Part shown: piece by piece, positions 1 to 10,847 of the stretch | Layout: the number at the start of each line of letters is the position of its first letter | How positions within the stretch are numbered: position 1 is the first letter of the stretch | Assembly: GCA_009103225.1 (NCBI GenBank) | Contig: RHPI01002090.1 | Span: 1,287,932 to 1,351,931, forward strand | DNA from: Chlorokybus atmophyticus | Taxonomy: Eukaryota > Plantae > Mesostigma and Chlorokybus algae | DNA length: 64,000 bases | Direction: 5' to 3' | Translations under genes and position numbers: made by a program | Notes under the pieces: generated by a model | Told to the model about the DNA's origin: nothing | Database searches by the model: none | What the model saw: the letters and a program-made list of their open reading frames with translations, nothing else

Positions 1-60
1 ACAGCGCACCTGCTGGCGGCCGCCTGGCCTGGTGGCCGCCGTGCAACACGAAGGGTGGAA

Positions 61-75
61 CACCGGTAGAATTGG
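61..75 (+). repeat. Left terminal inverted repeat, preceded by TSD GAA (58-60)
   Basis: CACCGGTAGAATTGG, reverse complement of 23264-23278 with one mismatch. Confidence 0.9.
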
Positions 76-215
76 CCCCCTAACAGTTTGGCTTGGACCA
101 CAACTTGGTTTAAGATCCAGCTGTAACTTATTTGGATATCTAGTAGCAACCGAGTACTGATTTCTACCTCTTTTCTTGCCTTAGTCACAACTTAATTTTG
201 TATCCAGCTGCCATT
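76..215. repeat. Left subterminal region sharing CACAACTT and ATCCAG motifs with the right end
   Basis: ccacaacttgg (~98), tcacaacttaa (~185) and gatccagctg/tatccagctg; the same motifs recur in 22500-23260. Confidence 0.6.
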
Positions 216-603
216 TAGATGAAACAGAATGCGTACATTAAAGTCGGTATCCGTCTTTTCTTGAACTTAATAATGGCCAAATCCTGCACTAATTGCTGGA
301 TAGATCATGCATTAAGAACATTGATCTTAATGCTATGCAGTGGTTGTTTTCCTCTGCATCCTCAATAATGTTGTAACCTTGGTGGGCACTTTGCAGTGGA
401 TCAGGTGTCATTATTTGTTTAAATCAGTTGTTTCGTCCACATCCGTATCTTTGTGATTGATCTGGTTAGCATTAAGTTTGTGATCAGCTTACACTTTCAC
501 ATTATGTGCTGTCTGAATCCGTAAAACTTTTAGCGCATAAAGCTTTTAGCCGTAGTTTATACGAAGAGTTTCATTTGCTCAGATCACAGTCTTTAACATT
601 CAT

Positions 604-785
604 GCCAGATCCTGAACAAAGTTTCGGTTGCGGTGTGCACGAAGTGTGGCAGTTGCACACAAACTGAGTCCCAAAGTTTCATGCAAGATCATGAACAAAG
701 TGTGGGTTGCGGTATGCACGAAGTGTCGCAGTTGCACACAATCCGAGTCCCATAGTTTCAAGCCAGATCTTGAACAAAGTGTTGT
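604..785 (+). repeat. ~78-bp tandem repeat, ~2.3 copies
   Basis: GC(C/A)AGATC(C/A/T)TGAACAAAGT starts at ~604, ~682 and ~761. Confidence 0.8.
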
Positions 786-1149
786 ATGCATCTGTTGATA
801 ATGCATGGTTGCGTGCGTACACAATGCATGTGGTGACAATGGTAGATGATGTGCAATGCTGAAATTCAAATGCAGAATCAACCAGTTCTAGGCTAGCATC
901 TAGCTAACTCAGCATTGCAATCAGCAACAATGCTGCTACTGAAGAGACTCCTGTGGCTAACAATGTGCTAGCCCAACAACCTCCGGACCATGCTCCCTTT
1001 TACCCCTCCGCAACGCCACCTCCTCGCTCACCTACCTCTTCCGATTCTGGCTGCTGCTCTTTTGCTTGCCACCTCCCGCCTTCTTTGCAGCAGCCTTCTT
1101 GCTCTCATCTCCAACCAGGTTGGCAGGCCAGCGCAACTCATCTCCTGCC

Positions 1150-3370
1150 TCAACTTTTGCACGTCCACAAGATCACGTCATCACTCCATGCGTGGCCCAC
1201 ATTTGCACCAGCAGTTAGCTTCAGCAAGCTCTTACCTTGCACCATTGTCACCAGCTCATCACCACCGCGCTTGAATGATATTGGCAGACTCGCTGCTGGA
1301 GGTGTGTTAACCTTTCCATCTACCACGCGCGGCGCTTGGGTGATGATGTGGTGCACCTGCACCACAACATTGCCCTTCCCAATGTTGGTGTCCTGGAACT
1401 CTGCGTCGGGGTCTACCAGGTTCACGGTTGCGTGGGCTACCGGATAGATGATGTCCTCCACGAACAACCTCACCGACTTCCTGCTGTCAAGTAGCTTCCC
1501 GTGCATGTCGACTACCTGCAAATGAAGACTAGCTCGAGTCAGTTTACGCCTTTGCACACACCAGCTTGCCAGCGCCCTTACCTCTTCGCAGTCCTCATTC
1601 TCCGCGTCATTGTTGTCGTCTTCGCTGCTGGCCTCCTTGTCGCTCTCGCTGCTTTCTTTGTCGTCGCTGCGGTCTCTCTCTTGTTCATCGCAGGAGCTGC
1701 CGCTGGCTGCTGAAAACTCAGACTGGATCACACAAGTTGTGTATGTAAGTGCGTGCGCCCGCGCGCGTGTGGGAGTCAGCAGCTGTGCGGCATCAGTGCG
1801 AGCTCACATCACTGCGCTGACTCTTCTTGCGTTTCTTGCTTTTCTTTGGAGCCTTGCCCTTCATACGCCTCTCCTCACTCCTTTTCTTCATCTTCTTCCT
1901 CCTCTCCTCCTCCTCCTGCTGCTGTTTGTTCTTCTTCTCCCTTGCAGCCTGCTCTGAGATGTAAGTGATTTTTTTTAGCAGACTATTCAGTTTCAGTTTC
2001 CGTTGACTTATGTTACCTGAGCAGCTTGTGTTCTTGCTGGCGTAGTCGTAGGGCTCGCCTTGAATGCAGCTGCTGCTCCACCCTGCAGCAACATGTCATC
2101 TACTCATCTGTTACGAGCTTGCACAGCCTCAAAGCTTCCCCTAGTTCAACCTGCGCGCCAATAGCCGCTTGCGTCTGGTTGCCTGAGCCTTCACTGGAGT
2201 TCCTGCCAGAAGAGGAAGGTGCCGACTTGTTGCTGCCTTTCCCAGAGTCTCTCTTGCGTTTCTTGCGGGCCTCTTCCTCTGCCTCTTGTTCTGTGCGCGT
2301 CAACTACTAGTTGAGGTATATGTACCACAAGGAGACACACACATACACGCGTGCACTGGGTTGTTTACCGGCTAAGGTCTTCAAGAGTTGTTCCGCCGCA
2401 AATAACTGCAGGGTTGACCGTGCAACATTGTCATGAGGAGATCACCGTGACAAGCAGAGCTGCAAAAGAGCTACAACCTTGTGCGGATGTCTCTTCAGCT
2501 CATTGAGGGTCGCCAATATGTTCTTCTTTTTTTCCTTGTATTGCCGATTTTGCTCCTTCTTCTTTTCGCGATACTCAGGTTCACCCCAATCCTTTGTGGT
2601 TTGGTAGAAAGTCCTGAACCTACCTCGGACCTGCACCATGACCAGTTACAGGATGACCAGCTACGTTAACCAGTTTCATTTTCCAGCCATGCAGTAGTCT
2701 GTCAATACCATCTTGCTAGCTGAATTTCACAAAGGTCACTGCGTTGCTGCTTGATGTAGTCACTCACTGACTTAAGGCAACAGAGATGTTACCTTTTCGG
2801 TAGGTTCGTCCGGGAGATAGAGCATGAGGATAGCCACTGCAAGTTGGTAGTTGAGTGGCGGCTGTTCCCGTTGATTCTTCCTAAAACGCAGCCCAACATC
2901 TCTTGCAATCCGCCTCTTCTCCTGCAAAATGTCTGCTGTCCTTTCTGCAATGGTCATATGCCGACCTCGCCATGAGTACTCCATCATCATCTGCAATCAA
3001 CAACGAAGTCGTGCTGGTGTGCTTCTGTGCTGAGCATGCAGTGCTTCAATGCTTCAGTACATTGCTGTAGTGCTTTGCATGCTTCGATTACAGTTCTTTG
3101 CATGCTTTAGTGCTTTGCATGCTTCTACAAGTGCATGCAAGGCTGCCACCAAAGAAACACATGCTAAAACATTGCCTTTGTTGGCTGGAAAGCCAAGCTC
3201 ATGGTCCTGATTGCAGCAGCTACGTGGTTGTCTGCAGCATGCCAGTCGTCATGCAGCTGCTGCTAAAAGGGTTCGCCTTCTTGGCCAAAGTGGGGTTCCA
3301 TAATGTGGATCGGGCTCCAAGGGTTCTCCGGTGGTTCATTGTCCGTGGATCTGCTGGCTTCTCCTGACAT
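1150..3370 (-). pseudogene. Multi-exon TnpA-like (Tnp1/En/Spm C-terminal-like) CACTA accessory gene, disabled
   Basis: ATG at 3370 (MSGEASRSTDNEPP...), in-frame TAGs at 3265 and 3166, coding-like segments at 2772-2996, 2442-2639 and 2100-2303. The C-terminal segment VAHATV...VVVQVHHII...LPISF...DELVTMVQG...ILW resembles the C-terminal domain of plant CACTA ORF2 proteins. Confidence 0.5.
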
Positions 3371-3893
3371 TCTTGCTACCCTTCACTAGTGCTCTTCTCA
3401 AAACCCCAAAACCCGCTGCCAACAACCTAACCGCCCGCAACCACACCGCCAACAACCTAACCGCCCCTGCCATTGACCACAACTACCGCAGCTGAAAGCT
3501 GAAAGCTTTACTCGCAGCTCCCGCAGCTCCCGCAGACAAACCGTGTGTTGCACCGTTAGATTGGACGATCAGCGGCGAGAACTCCAAGTGGTGACCATCC
3601 GATTGCTCACGCAAAAAACGCACAACTTCACTGTACTCTACTCTACTCTACTCTCAAGTGCGGTTGACACAACTTGTGCGGCAGCTAGCACTTGCCGCGT
3701 GTCACATATGGCTAAAAGGTGACAGCTGTTGTTTCGTTTTGAATTTTCAATGTCCAATGCTGCAAATGTGTTTTGGCATACCCTATGCCCAATGCTGCAT
3801 GGCCAATTAGGTTAAGTTACTGTATAAGCACACCCAAGCATCCGCCTACTTTAACACGGCGGTGGCGGCGGTGGTGGTAGTTTTGCTGAAAAG

Positions 3894-4667
3894 ATGGACC
3901 CCCCTGTACCCATGCGCACCATGAATGAGGCTCTAACGCACGCGCTCCTCACAGTCGGGTGGCGATTAGTGGGACTAGGTCAGGTCTTGACACAACCGTG
4001 GAACGGCTATGTGGACTCTGGCGATGCTCGCTATCATCAGGTTTCTTTCTCGCTATACATGGTGTGAGTTGCGTGCGCTATGTCACTCTGCATGCTGCTG
4101 ACTATGCATGCCACTATGCATGTGCCATACTGTTGCGCATTGTTTGTACATGCGTATGCCTTGTGTGCGATTTGGGTTGAGTTTGCCTGTGTAGTGTGCA
4201 TAGTTTGTCCTGCTATAATAGGAACGCCTATATATATGCACAGCTCTGATTGCTACCATGCAACACACTTGCGCGTTACATGCCGTGCATGTCATGCCAT
4301 GCTACTGCCTGAATGCGTGTCCAGTTCATGTCCATAACAATAGAGGCGCTGCCTATGCATTTGCATCAACTTCTGACGCACGTTCATGAATGAATGCGAT
4401 GCAACATGCGAGTTAACCTGTAAACTTGTTTGGCAGGTCCAATTATGCAATTGGGAGCTTTCAACTCGTGGAATTGTTTATCAGGCACCAATTGCGATTG
4501 CAGCTACTGTACAAGCTGGTGTGTATGTGACAGCCTCCGTGCATGAGAACACTCCCTCGCCTCCGAATGCGCCTCTTCCTACTCGCACTATCATTGACTC
4601 GGGCACCTATGGCGCTGCTAGCCTGCGCGTTGTGATCGAGTGCGACAACAATATTGCTGCACGCTAG
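3894..4667 (+). CDS. Two-exon orphan protein, 125 aa (exons 3894-4040, 4437-4667)
   Basis: ATG at 3894, GT-AG intron in phase 0, open frame to TAG at 4667; divergent from the TnpA-like gene; no recognisable domain. Confidence 0.5.
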
Positions 4668-5020
4668 AGTGTGTTGACTGGCTCCCAAGTCCCTGCACCT
4701 GGTGCAACGCCCGGTACCAGTCTCACACCAACTTGTAATAGAGTTTTCCCTACTCGCGACCCTCCTAGTGAACCTAGTGACACGAGTGACTCGTCGCAAT
4801 GACTATTGGTCTACACACACTTTGTTTGCCCTTTACACTTTGGTTACCGCTGAGCTGCTCTGCTGGTAAGTCTCGAAGTGTGGCTGTTGCTTGTGCAGTT
4901 ACTGATAACAGTGGAGTGTGTGCCTTTGTACAACTTGGAGATCTAGCAGCAGATCAGCTCAGGCACGACCGCCACAATTGTGTTTGCAACAACATAGTGA
5001 CTAGCAGATTAGTTACATTA

Positions 5021-5172
5021 CAACTATACTAACTATACTACACAACAACTACCAAACTACCACCAAACTATACAACTACACAACAACTACCAAACTACCA
5101 CCAAACTATACAACTACACAACAACAACAACTACACAACAACTATACAACTACCAAACTACCACCAAACTAT
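5021..5172. repeat. CAA/CTA-rich low-complexity microsatellite
   Basis: Repeated caactac/caccaaactatacaactac units. Confidence 0.9.
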
Positions 5173-5840
5173 AGGCCTTGTGCAAGGATGACGCAACGAT
5201 CTGACCTTGTACTTTGTATTACCTCATGGCCGTAGCACAGCCTGCAAGGCACAGAGGGTTGCGCTCAGAACTGTTGGACACAAATCAGGCATGCAAGCGC
5301 CTAACACTGACAGTAGAATTGCCCAAACATGCTGTTGGAAAGACCCCTCACAACTGCACTCACATATGCACAAACACAAGGTATGTTTGCGCAGCAGAAG
5401 AAGTGAACACGGACTTTTGCGACACACGCGCGCATACACACACATGAGGGCTTACAGTCAACTGCCCCAGCTGACTGGACACCATACACACACATGCACA
5501 TTCATGTGATACGCATGCAAGGATGCATGTATCTGTCCCTGTCGTCGCTGGAGCTCTTGCCAACTTCTTGGGCACTGTGACTAGCGGTGTCCTACAAACA
5601 CGCTGCAGGCAATGCTCAACCTGATGATAGCAGCTATAAGAATGCCAAGACACCCAAAACACAGAGCCAGATACTCTGATCTGAGTCTCATCCACAAATA
5701 CACCATGCCTGGCATGCGAGCTCTGGTTTACCTGCTGTCTTGGAAGCAACCGGCTGGATCATCATACCCTTTGTTGAATGCATGCAAGCATCTAAGTTAA
5801 GACCAAATACCTACCTCATGTTCGACGAGATCAACTACAC

Positions 5841-6303
5841 TGGACCTAAAGGGACCGGCCATCGCTGAATGGTAGCTGTTTACCTGTGGATCACACACCG
5901 TAGTTAACCAACAATAGAGTCAGAAATAGAGCCAGGAAATAACTTTTGAGAGACACAATGCTAGCGCAAGCACACACAGAAAGAACACCTTTTTGCCGCA
6001 AGGCCATTGAGGGGTTATGCCCAAGGCTGCCCCAGCGGCTTGCAGCAAACACCTTTTTGCCGCAGCACAGGCAAGGCCACTGAGGGGTTATGCCCAAGGC
6101 TGCCCCAGCGGCTTGCAGCAAACACCTTTTTGCCGCAGCACAGGCAAGGCCACTGAGGGGTTATGCCCAAGGCTGCCCCAGCGGCTTGCAGCAAACACCT
6201 TTTGTGCCGCAGCACAGGTAAGGCCACTGAGGGGTTATGCCCAAGGCTGCCCCAGCGGCTTGCAGCAAACACAGCACGCACAGCACGCGCACACACACAC
6301 ACA

Positions 6304-6343
<40 letters not shown>

Positions 6344-7047
6344 CATGGCATGCGCAAGGAAGCACAGCATGCACGTATCTGCTGTGTAGCCGCTAGCGCT
6401 CCAGCATCGCCACTGCCGCCGTCGACGACGACGACCTTGCCTGCGCCGGCGCCGCCGCCGCCGCCGCCGACCTTGCCTAAAATCTGCATGCGAAATAGCT
6501 GCTGTAACTCCAAAACCCTAAGTCCATGACCTAAGTCCATGGACTTAAAGCGACCGGCCATCGCTGAATGGTAGCTGTTTACCTGTAGATCACACACCGT
6601 AGTTAACCAACAGTAAAGTCAGAAATGGAGCAGGGAAATTACTCTTGAGAGACACAATGCTAGCGCAAGCACACACAGAAAGAACACCTTTTTGCCGCAG
6701 CACAGGCAAGGCCACTGAGGGATTATGCCCAAGGCTGCCCCAGCGGCTTGCAGCAAACAACTTTTGTGCCGCAGCACAGGCAAGGCCACTGAGGGGTTAT
6801 GCGCAAGGCTGCCCCAGCGGCTTGCAGCAAACACAGCATGCACAGCACGCACACACACACACACATGCATGGCATGCGCAAGGAAGCACGGCATGCACGT
6901 ATCTGCTGTGTAGCCGCTAGCGCTCCAGCATCGCCGACGCCGACACCGACGCCGCCGCCGACGACCTTGCCTGCGCCGCCGCCGCCGACCTTACCTAATT
7001 TTTGCATGCGAAATGGTTGCTGTAACTCCAAAACCCTAAGTCCATGA
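5841..7047 (+). repeat. Tandemly duplicated block (~700 + ~500 bp) with internal 73-74-bp subrepeats and (CA)n
   Basis: Both units start ggac(c/t)taaag(g/c)gaccggccatcgctgaatgg (~5841, ~6540) and end tgtaactccaaaaccctaagtccatgac (~6529, ~7047). The subrepeat marker tatgcccaagg occurs at 6016, 6089, 6162 and 6236. Confidence 0.9.
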
Positions 7048-7071
7048 CTTTGCTTAGGGTTTTGGAGTTAC
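7022..7071. repeat. Perfect 19-bp inverted repeat with 12-nt spacer
   Basis: GTAACTCCAAAACCCTAAG (7022-7040) / CTTAGGGTTTTGGAGTTAC (7053-7071). Confidence 0.9.
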
Positions 7072-7269
7072 GTACGGTGGTGAGCGACGTGGGCGGCGAA
7101 GTTGGGTTGGTGTCGTGGGCTGGCGCTGTGCTTGCTTAAGTGCTTGCATCTTTGTTATTGGGTGCGCAATTCGCGGCGTGGAGCAGTCTTGCAGTGCGGC
7201 GGCTTGCTCCAGGGTTTTGACAAATGTGCAACAAGGTGCAGAAAACTCCGTGCTTGTCTCTGTTTGCAT

Positions 7270-8060
7270 GAATGCTTGTTTGTGCACAGGGGCGGCCTCG
7301 TGCTTAAGGCCTCGTGTTTGTGGTTGCAAGAATAGTTGTTTGTGCACAAGGGCAGCCTCGTGCTTAAGGCCTCTTGTTTGTGGTTGCAAGAATGCTTGTG
7401 CTGGTTGGTGCACAGAGGCGGCCTCGTGCTTAAGGCCTCTTGTTTGTGGTTGCAAGAATGCTTGTGCTTGTTTGTGCACAAGGGCGGCCTCGTGCTTAAG
7501 GCCTCGTGTTTGTGGTTGCAAGAATGCTGGTTGGTGCACAGGGGCGGCCTCGTGCTTAAGGCCTCTTGTTTGTGGTTGCAAGAATGCTTGTGTTTGTTTG
7601 TGCAAAGGGGCAGCCTCGTGCTTAAGGCCTCTTGTTTGTGGTTGCATAAATGCTTGTGCTGGTTGGTGCACAGGGGCGGCCTCATGCTTAAGGCCTCTTG
7701 TTTGTGGTTGCATGAATGCTTGTGCTGGTTGGTGCACAGGGGCGGCCTCATGCTTAAGGCCTCGTGTTTGTGGTTTCAAGAATGCTTGTGCTTGCTTGTG
7801 CACAGGGGCAGCCTCGTGCTTAAGGCCTCTTGTTTTTGTGGTTGCATGAATGCTTGTGCTGGTTGGTGCACAGGGGCGGTCTCGTGCTTAAGGCCTCGTG
7901 CGTCAAGGCCTCTTGTCTGTGTTCCTCTTTGTGCTTGTTGTTTTGCTGAAAACACCAGAGCAGCCTGAGAAGCTTGAGGCAACCCAGTCCGACGAATGAA
8001 TGCTTGTGCTGGTTGGTGCATAGGGGCGGCCTCGTGCTTAAGGCCTCGTGCGTTAAGGCC
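7270..8060. repeat. Minisatellite of 60/66-bp units (>=11 copies), open in several frames; the minus frame encodes 20-22-aa repeats (QAFLQPQTRGLKHEAAPVHQPA)
   Basis: gcttaaggcct at 7302, 7362, 7428, 7494, 7554, 7620, 7686, 7752, 7818, 7886 and 8036; ORF 7054-7803(-). Confidence 0.9.
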
Positions 8061-8217
8061 TCTTGCCTGTGTTCGTCTCTGTGCTCGTTGTTTTGCTTAG
8101 TGGCTTACCAGGTTGTTCATCATGCCTGCCAAGCGCAAACTGGTTCGCATTGGAGACCAGCTGCCTGCAGGTAACTTTGTGATGTTTTAGCTTCTCGGCT
8201 CCAATCTCACACTTCTC

Positions 8218-10398
8218 ATGAATCACATGCTTGCTCATACTGGTGCTCAACATGTATGCCCATTCTCAACAGAGAAGAAGATGAAAACACCAGAGCAGCC
8301 TGAGAAGCTTGAGGCAACCCCGTCCGACGAAGACGTTGTGGCTAAAGCAACAGCTTATTACAAAGCGTTATTTAGACAGTGGAAAAGTGCCAGACGGACC
8401 AAGAAGCGCGACGTAATCTCATGGGACAACATGGTGCTCGACATCAAGGTAGCTCTGCAGAACAGCATGGACTACTGCGCGCTCTCTGATGATTCAAAGA
8501 TGGAGTTATACAAATTCCTGATGAAGGAGCTCACTCAATGTGATAAGAAGGCAGCAGCTGGCGGCATAGACCTGGGGGACTTTGTCGACAAACCTGAAGC
8601 TGGCTCTTCAACCTCGCGCACTCACATTTGGGAGTCTAATCTGCCTGCTGAACAAACGGGTGCTGAGAGAAGGCTGAGTGGGTTGTTGAAGGAGAAAGGC
8701 CTGCGTGTGTGTGATGCCTATGGTAATGGGAATTGCTTTTACTACTGCATTGCCCAGTCGCGCCCCACCGTGAATGCTGGATGCCTGCAGCGCGACAAAG
8801 CACTTGACAAAGAGGATTTCTGGCGCAGCATTGTGCTGGACAAAGGACGAGAGCTGCCAATCGCAGTGCAAGCAGTCAAGCTGCGCAAGTTGTGTGCCAA
8901 GCAGGTCAACCTTGCTTGGTTGAAGGAGCTTCGCAACTACCTGGCTTCAGACATGGGCAAGGACTACGAGCAGTGTGCTGCAAGATTGCATTTAGAGGAG
9001 CATATAAAGAACGATGATGACAAAGGCGTTATTGCTCATTCCAAAATGATTGCTCACGAGTCTGTTTATGCGGATGAACTGCACTTGGCTTTGATGGCGT
9101 AAACGCTTGGCATTTGCATCGGCACATCGCAGATTATTGCAGATGCAGCTGGCAGGTACTGCTTGGAAGTGGAAAAATCGGGTGCACTCTTCGAGGGTGC
9201 AGATGGGAGCTACTTTCAAACAACCACCAACACAGAAAGTAAACAAGAACAGAAGTACGTGAAACCGGTCATGCTGCTTGGCGAGGATGTTGATGACCCG
9301 GCCAGTCATGTGATCATTGGCAATACGAGTCCAGGCTCGAACGAGGCGCATTACTTGTCCATTGGTGATCCCAGTGGCAACCTCTCCTGGGCGTTTAGTG
9401 ACATGCCATCAGAAATCAGCCATTTCCTTTACCCCAATGGGTTGCCGACATCAGCGCCCAGTGCAGACTCTGCGCCTCTCCATACGCCCTCGTCTTGCAG
9501 TAGACCCCCTGTGCAGGAAGCTGAGGGCCAGGCCAAGCCAAAAGCCGAGGCGGAGGCCAAGCAAAAAGCTGATGCTGAGGACCTTGCAGCCAAGGCAAAG
9601 TAGGAGGCCGAGCACAGGGCCAAGCAGGAAGCTGATGCCAAAGCAAAAGCCAAGCAGGAAGCTGCTGAAGCCAGGGCCAGGCAGGAGGCAGAGACCAAGG
9701 CAGCTGATGATAAAACCAGGCAGAACGCTGCTGAAGCCAAGGCCAGGCAAGATGCTACTGCCAGGGGCAAGCAGGTACTGGTACTTCGGAGGTACGGATG
9801 AAAATGGTCCACATGTCTGCGCATAGTCCACGTGGAACTAAGCGTGATGCTTTGCAGGTTGATGAGGAGGCTGAGGCTGCTGGGGATGTTCCTCCCATTG
9901 GTTCCGACAGTTCCGACAGCAGCGCTCCAGCACCCGCCACCAAGAAACAAAAGTCGACGCCAACAAGCGGCCAAGAGCAGACATGCAGCCACTTTGCGGG
10001 GCAAGTGCTGGTTCGGCAATCGCTGCAAATTTTCACACGCTGTTGAGAAAGAGCAGACATGCAGTTACTTTGCGCACGGCAAGTGCTTGTTTGGCGATCG
10101 CTGTAAATTTTCGCACGCTCCAGAAATGGCCACCACGCCTGCCAGCGCTGTTGAGAAACTGCATCAGCTGCAGCAGGGCACTCGCACAGTGCAAGAGTTT
10201 CACAAGGAGTTTGTACCGTTGTGCAGTGTTGCAAAGGTGCATAAGGCTCTCAAAGTAGAGTTGTTTCTCAAGGGACTTCGAAAGGAGGTGTTTATTGGGA
10301 TTCAAAAGGGTCCTTGCAACCGAGATTGGTGGGGTGATCAGTTCACCCACCTCGTGCTTGAAGCCCAACAGTTCAAAAATTCCTTGCGTGATATCTAG
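8218..10398 (+). pseudogene. OTU-like cysteine protease + K/A/E-rich linker + 2x CCCH zinc finger + Ty3/Gypsy gag-like domain, disabled
   Basis: OTU Cys box VCDAYGNGNCFYYCIAQ (~8707-8757) and His box HYLSI (9349). CCCH fingers C..F..GKC.FG.RCKFSH x2 (~9985-10117). Gag-like AVEKLHQLQQGTRTVQEFHKEF...ELFLKGLRKEV. In-frame TAA at 9100 and TAG at 9601, intron 9775-9857, 1-nt frameshift in the first finger. A Q/E/R-rich frame continues to 10669. Confidence 0.75.
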
Positions 10399-10847
10399 GA
10401 TACAGGCAAGCTCAATCACAATACCTTTTCGCCAGGCAAAATATCTCGTCATAACATGCAAAAACTGGATCGGCTGGAGCGCACCGCAGGCCGAACGCAG
10501 AGCAGGAAGCTGGCTAAAACTTCACCATGAGCGCGAGCGGGAATTGATCGCTGAGCAGCCGACACCTGAGCAGCAAAAGAAGCTGAAGCAGCAGCTATTA
10601 GAGCAGCGGGAGGAGGAGCGGCGGAAGCAGCGGCAAGAGCAGAAGCAGAAGAGGCAGCAGCAGCAGTGAAGCACTACACGCCTTGCAGGTTTGAATATAC
10701 ACTTTGCATCAGGCACATAATTGTTGGAATTTTTGTTATTGACATATACTGTTGCAGTGCCTGTGCATCTTGGCATTGACAAACAACACTTCGTCTGCTC
10801 GTCATAACAAGTGTGCTGCAAGTCATCATTACTACACTATGACCATC

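Noticed and set aside
6015-7031. His/Thr- or Cys/Val-repeat ORFs
   Set aside because: Produced by (CA)n and GCC runs in the duplicated block; the same applies to the (TC)n ORFs at 14091-14552.
6503-7071. True or interstitial telomere array
   Set aside because: Only isolated single AAACCCTAA-like units, no tandem array.
7270-8060. CRISPR array
   Set aside because: Units are contiguous near-identical repeats without unique spacers; eukaryotic context; no cas genes.
5841-8060. Hammerhead ribozyme of a Penelope-like element
   Set aside because: No CTGAnGA...GAAA core with flanking stems could be found by eye; an Infernal search would be needed to exclude it formally.
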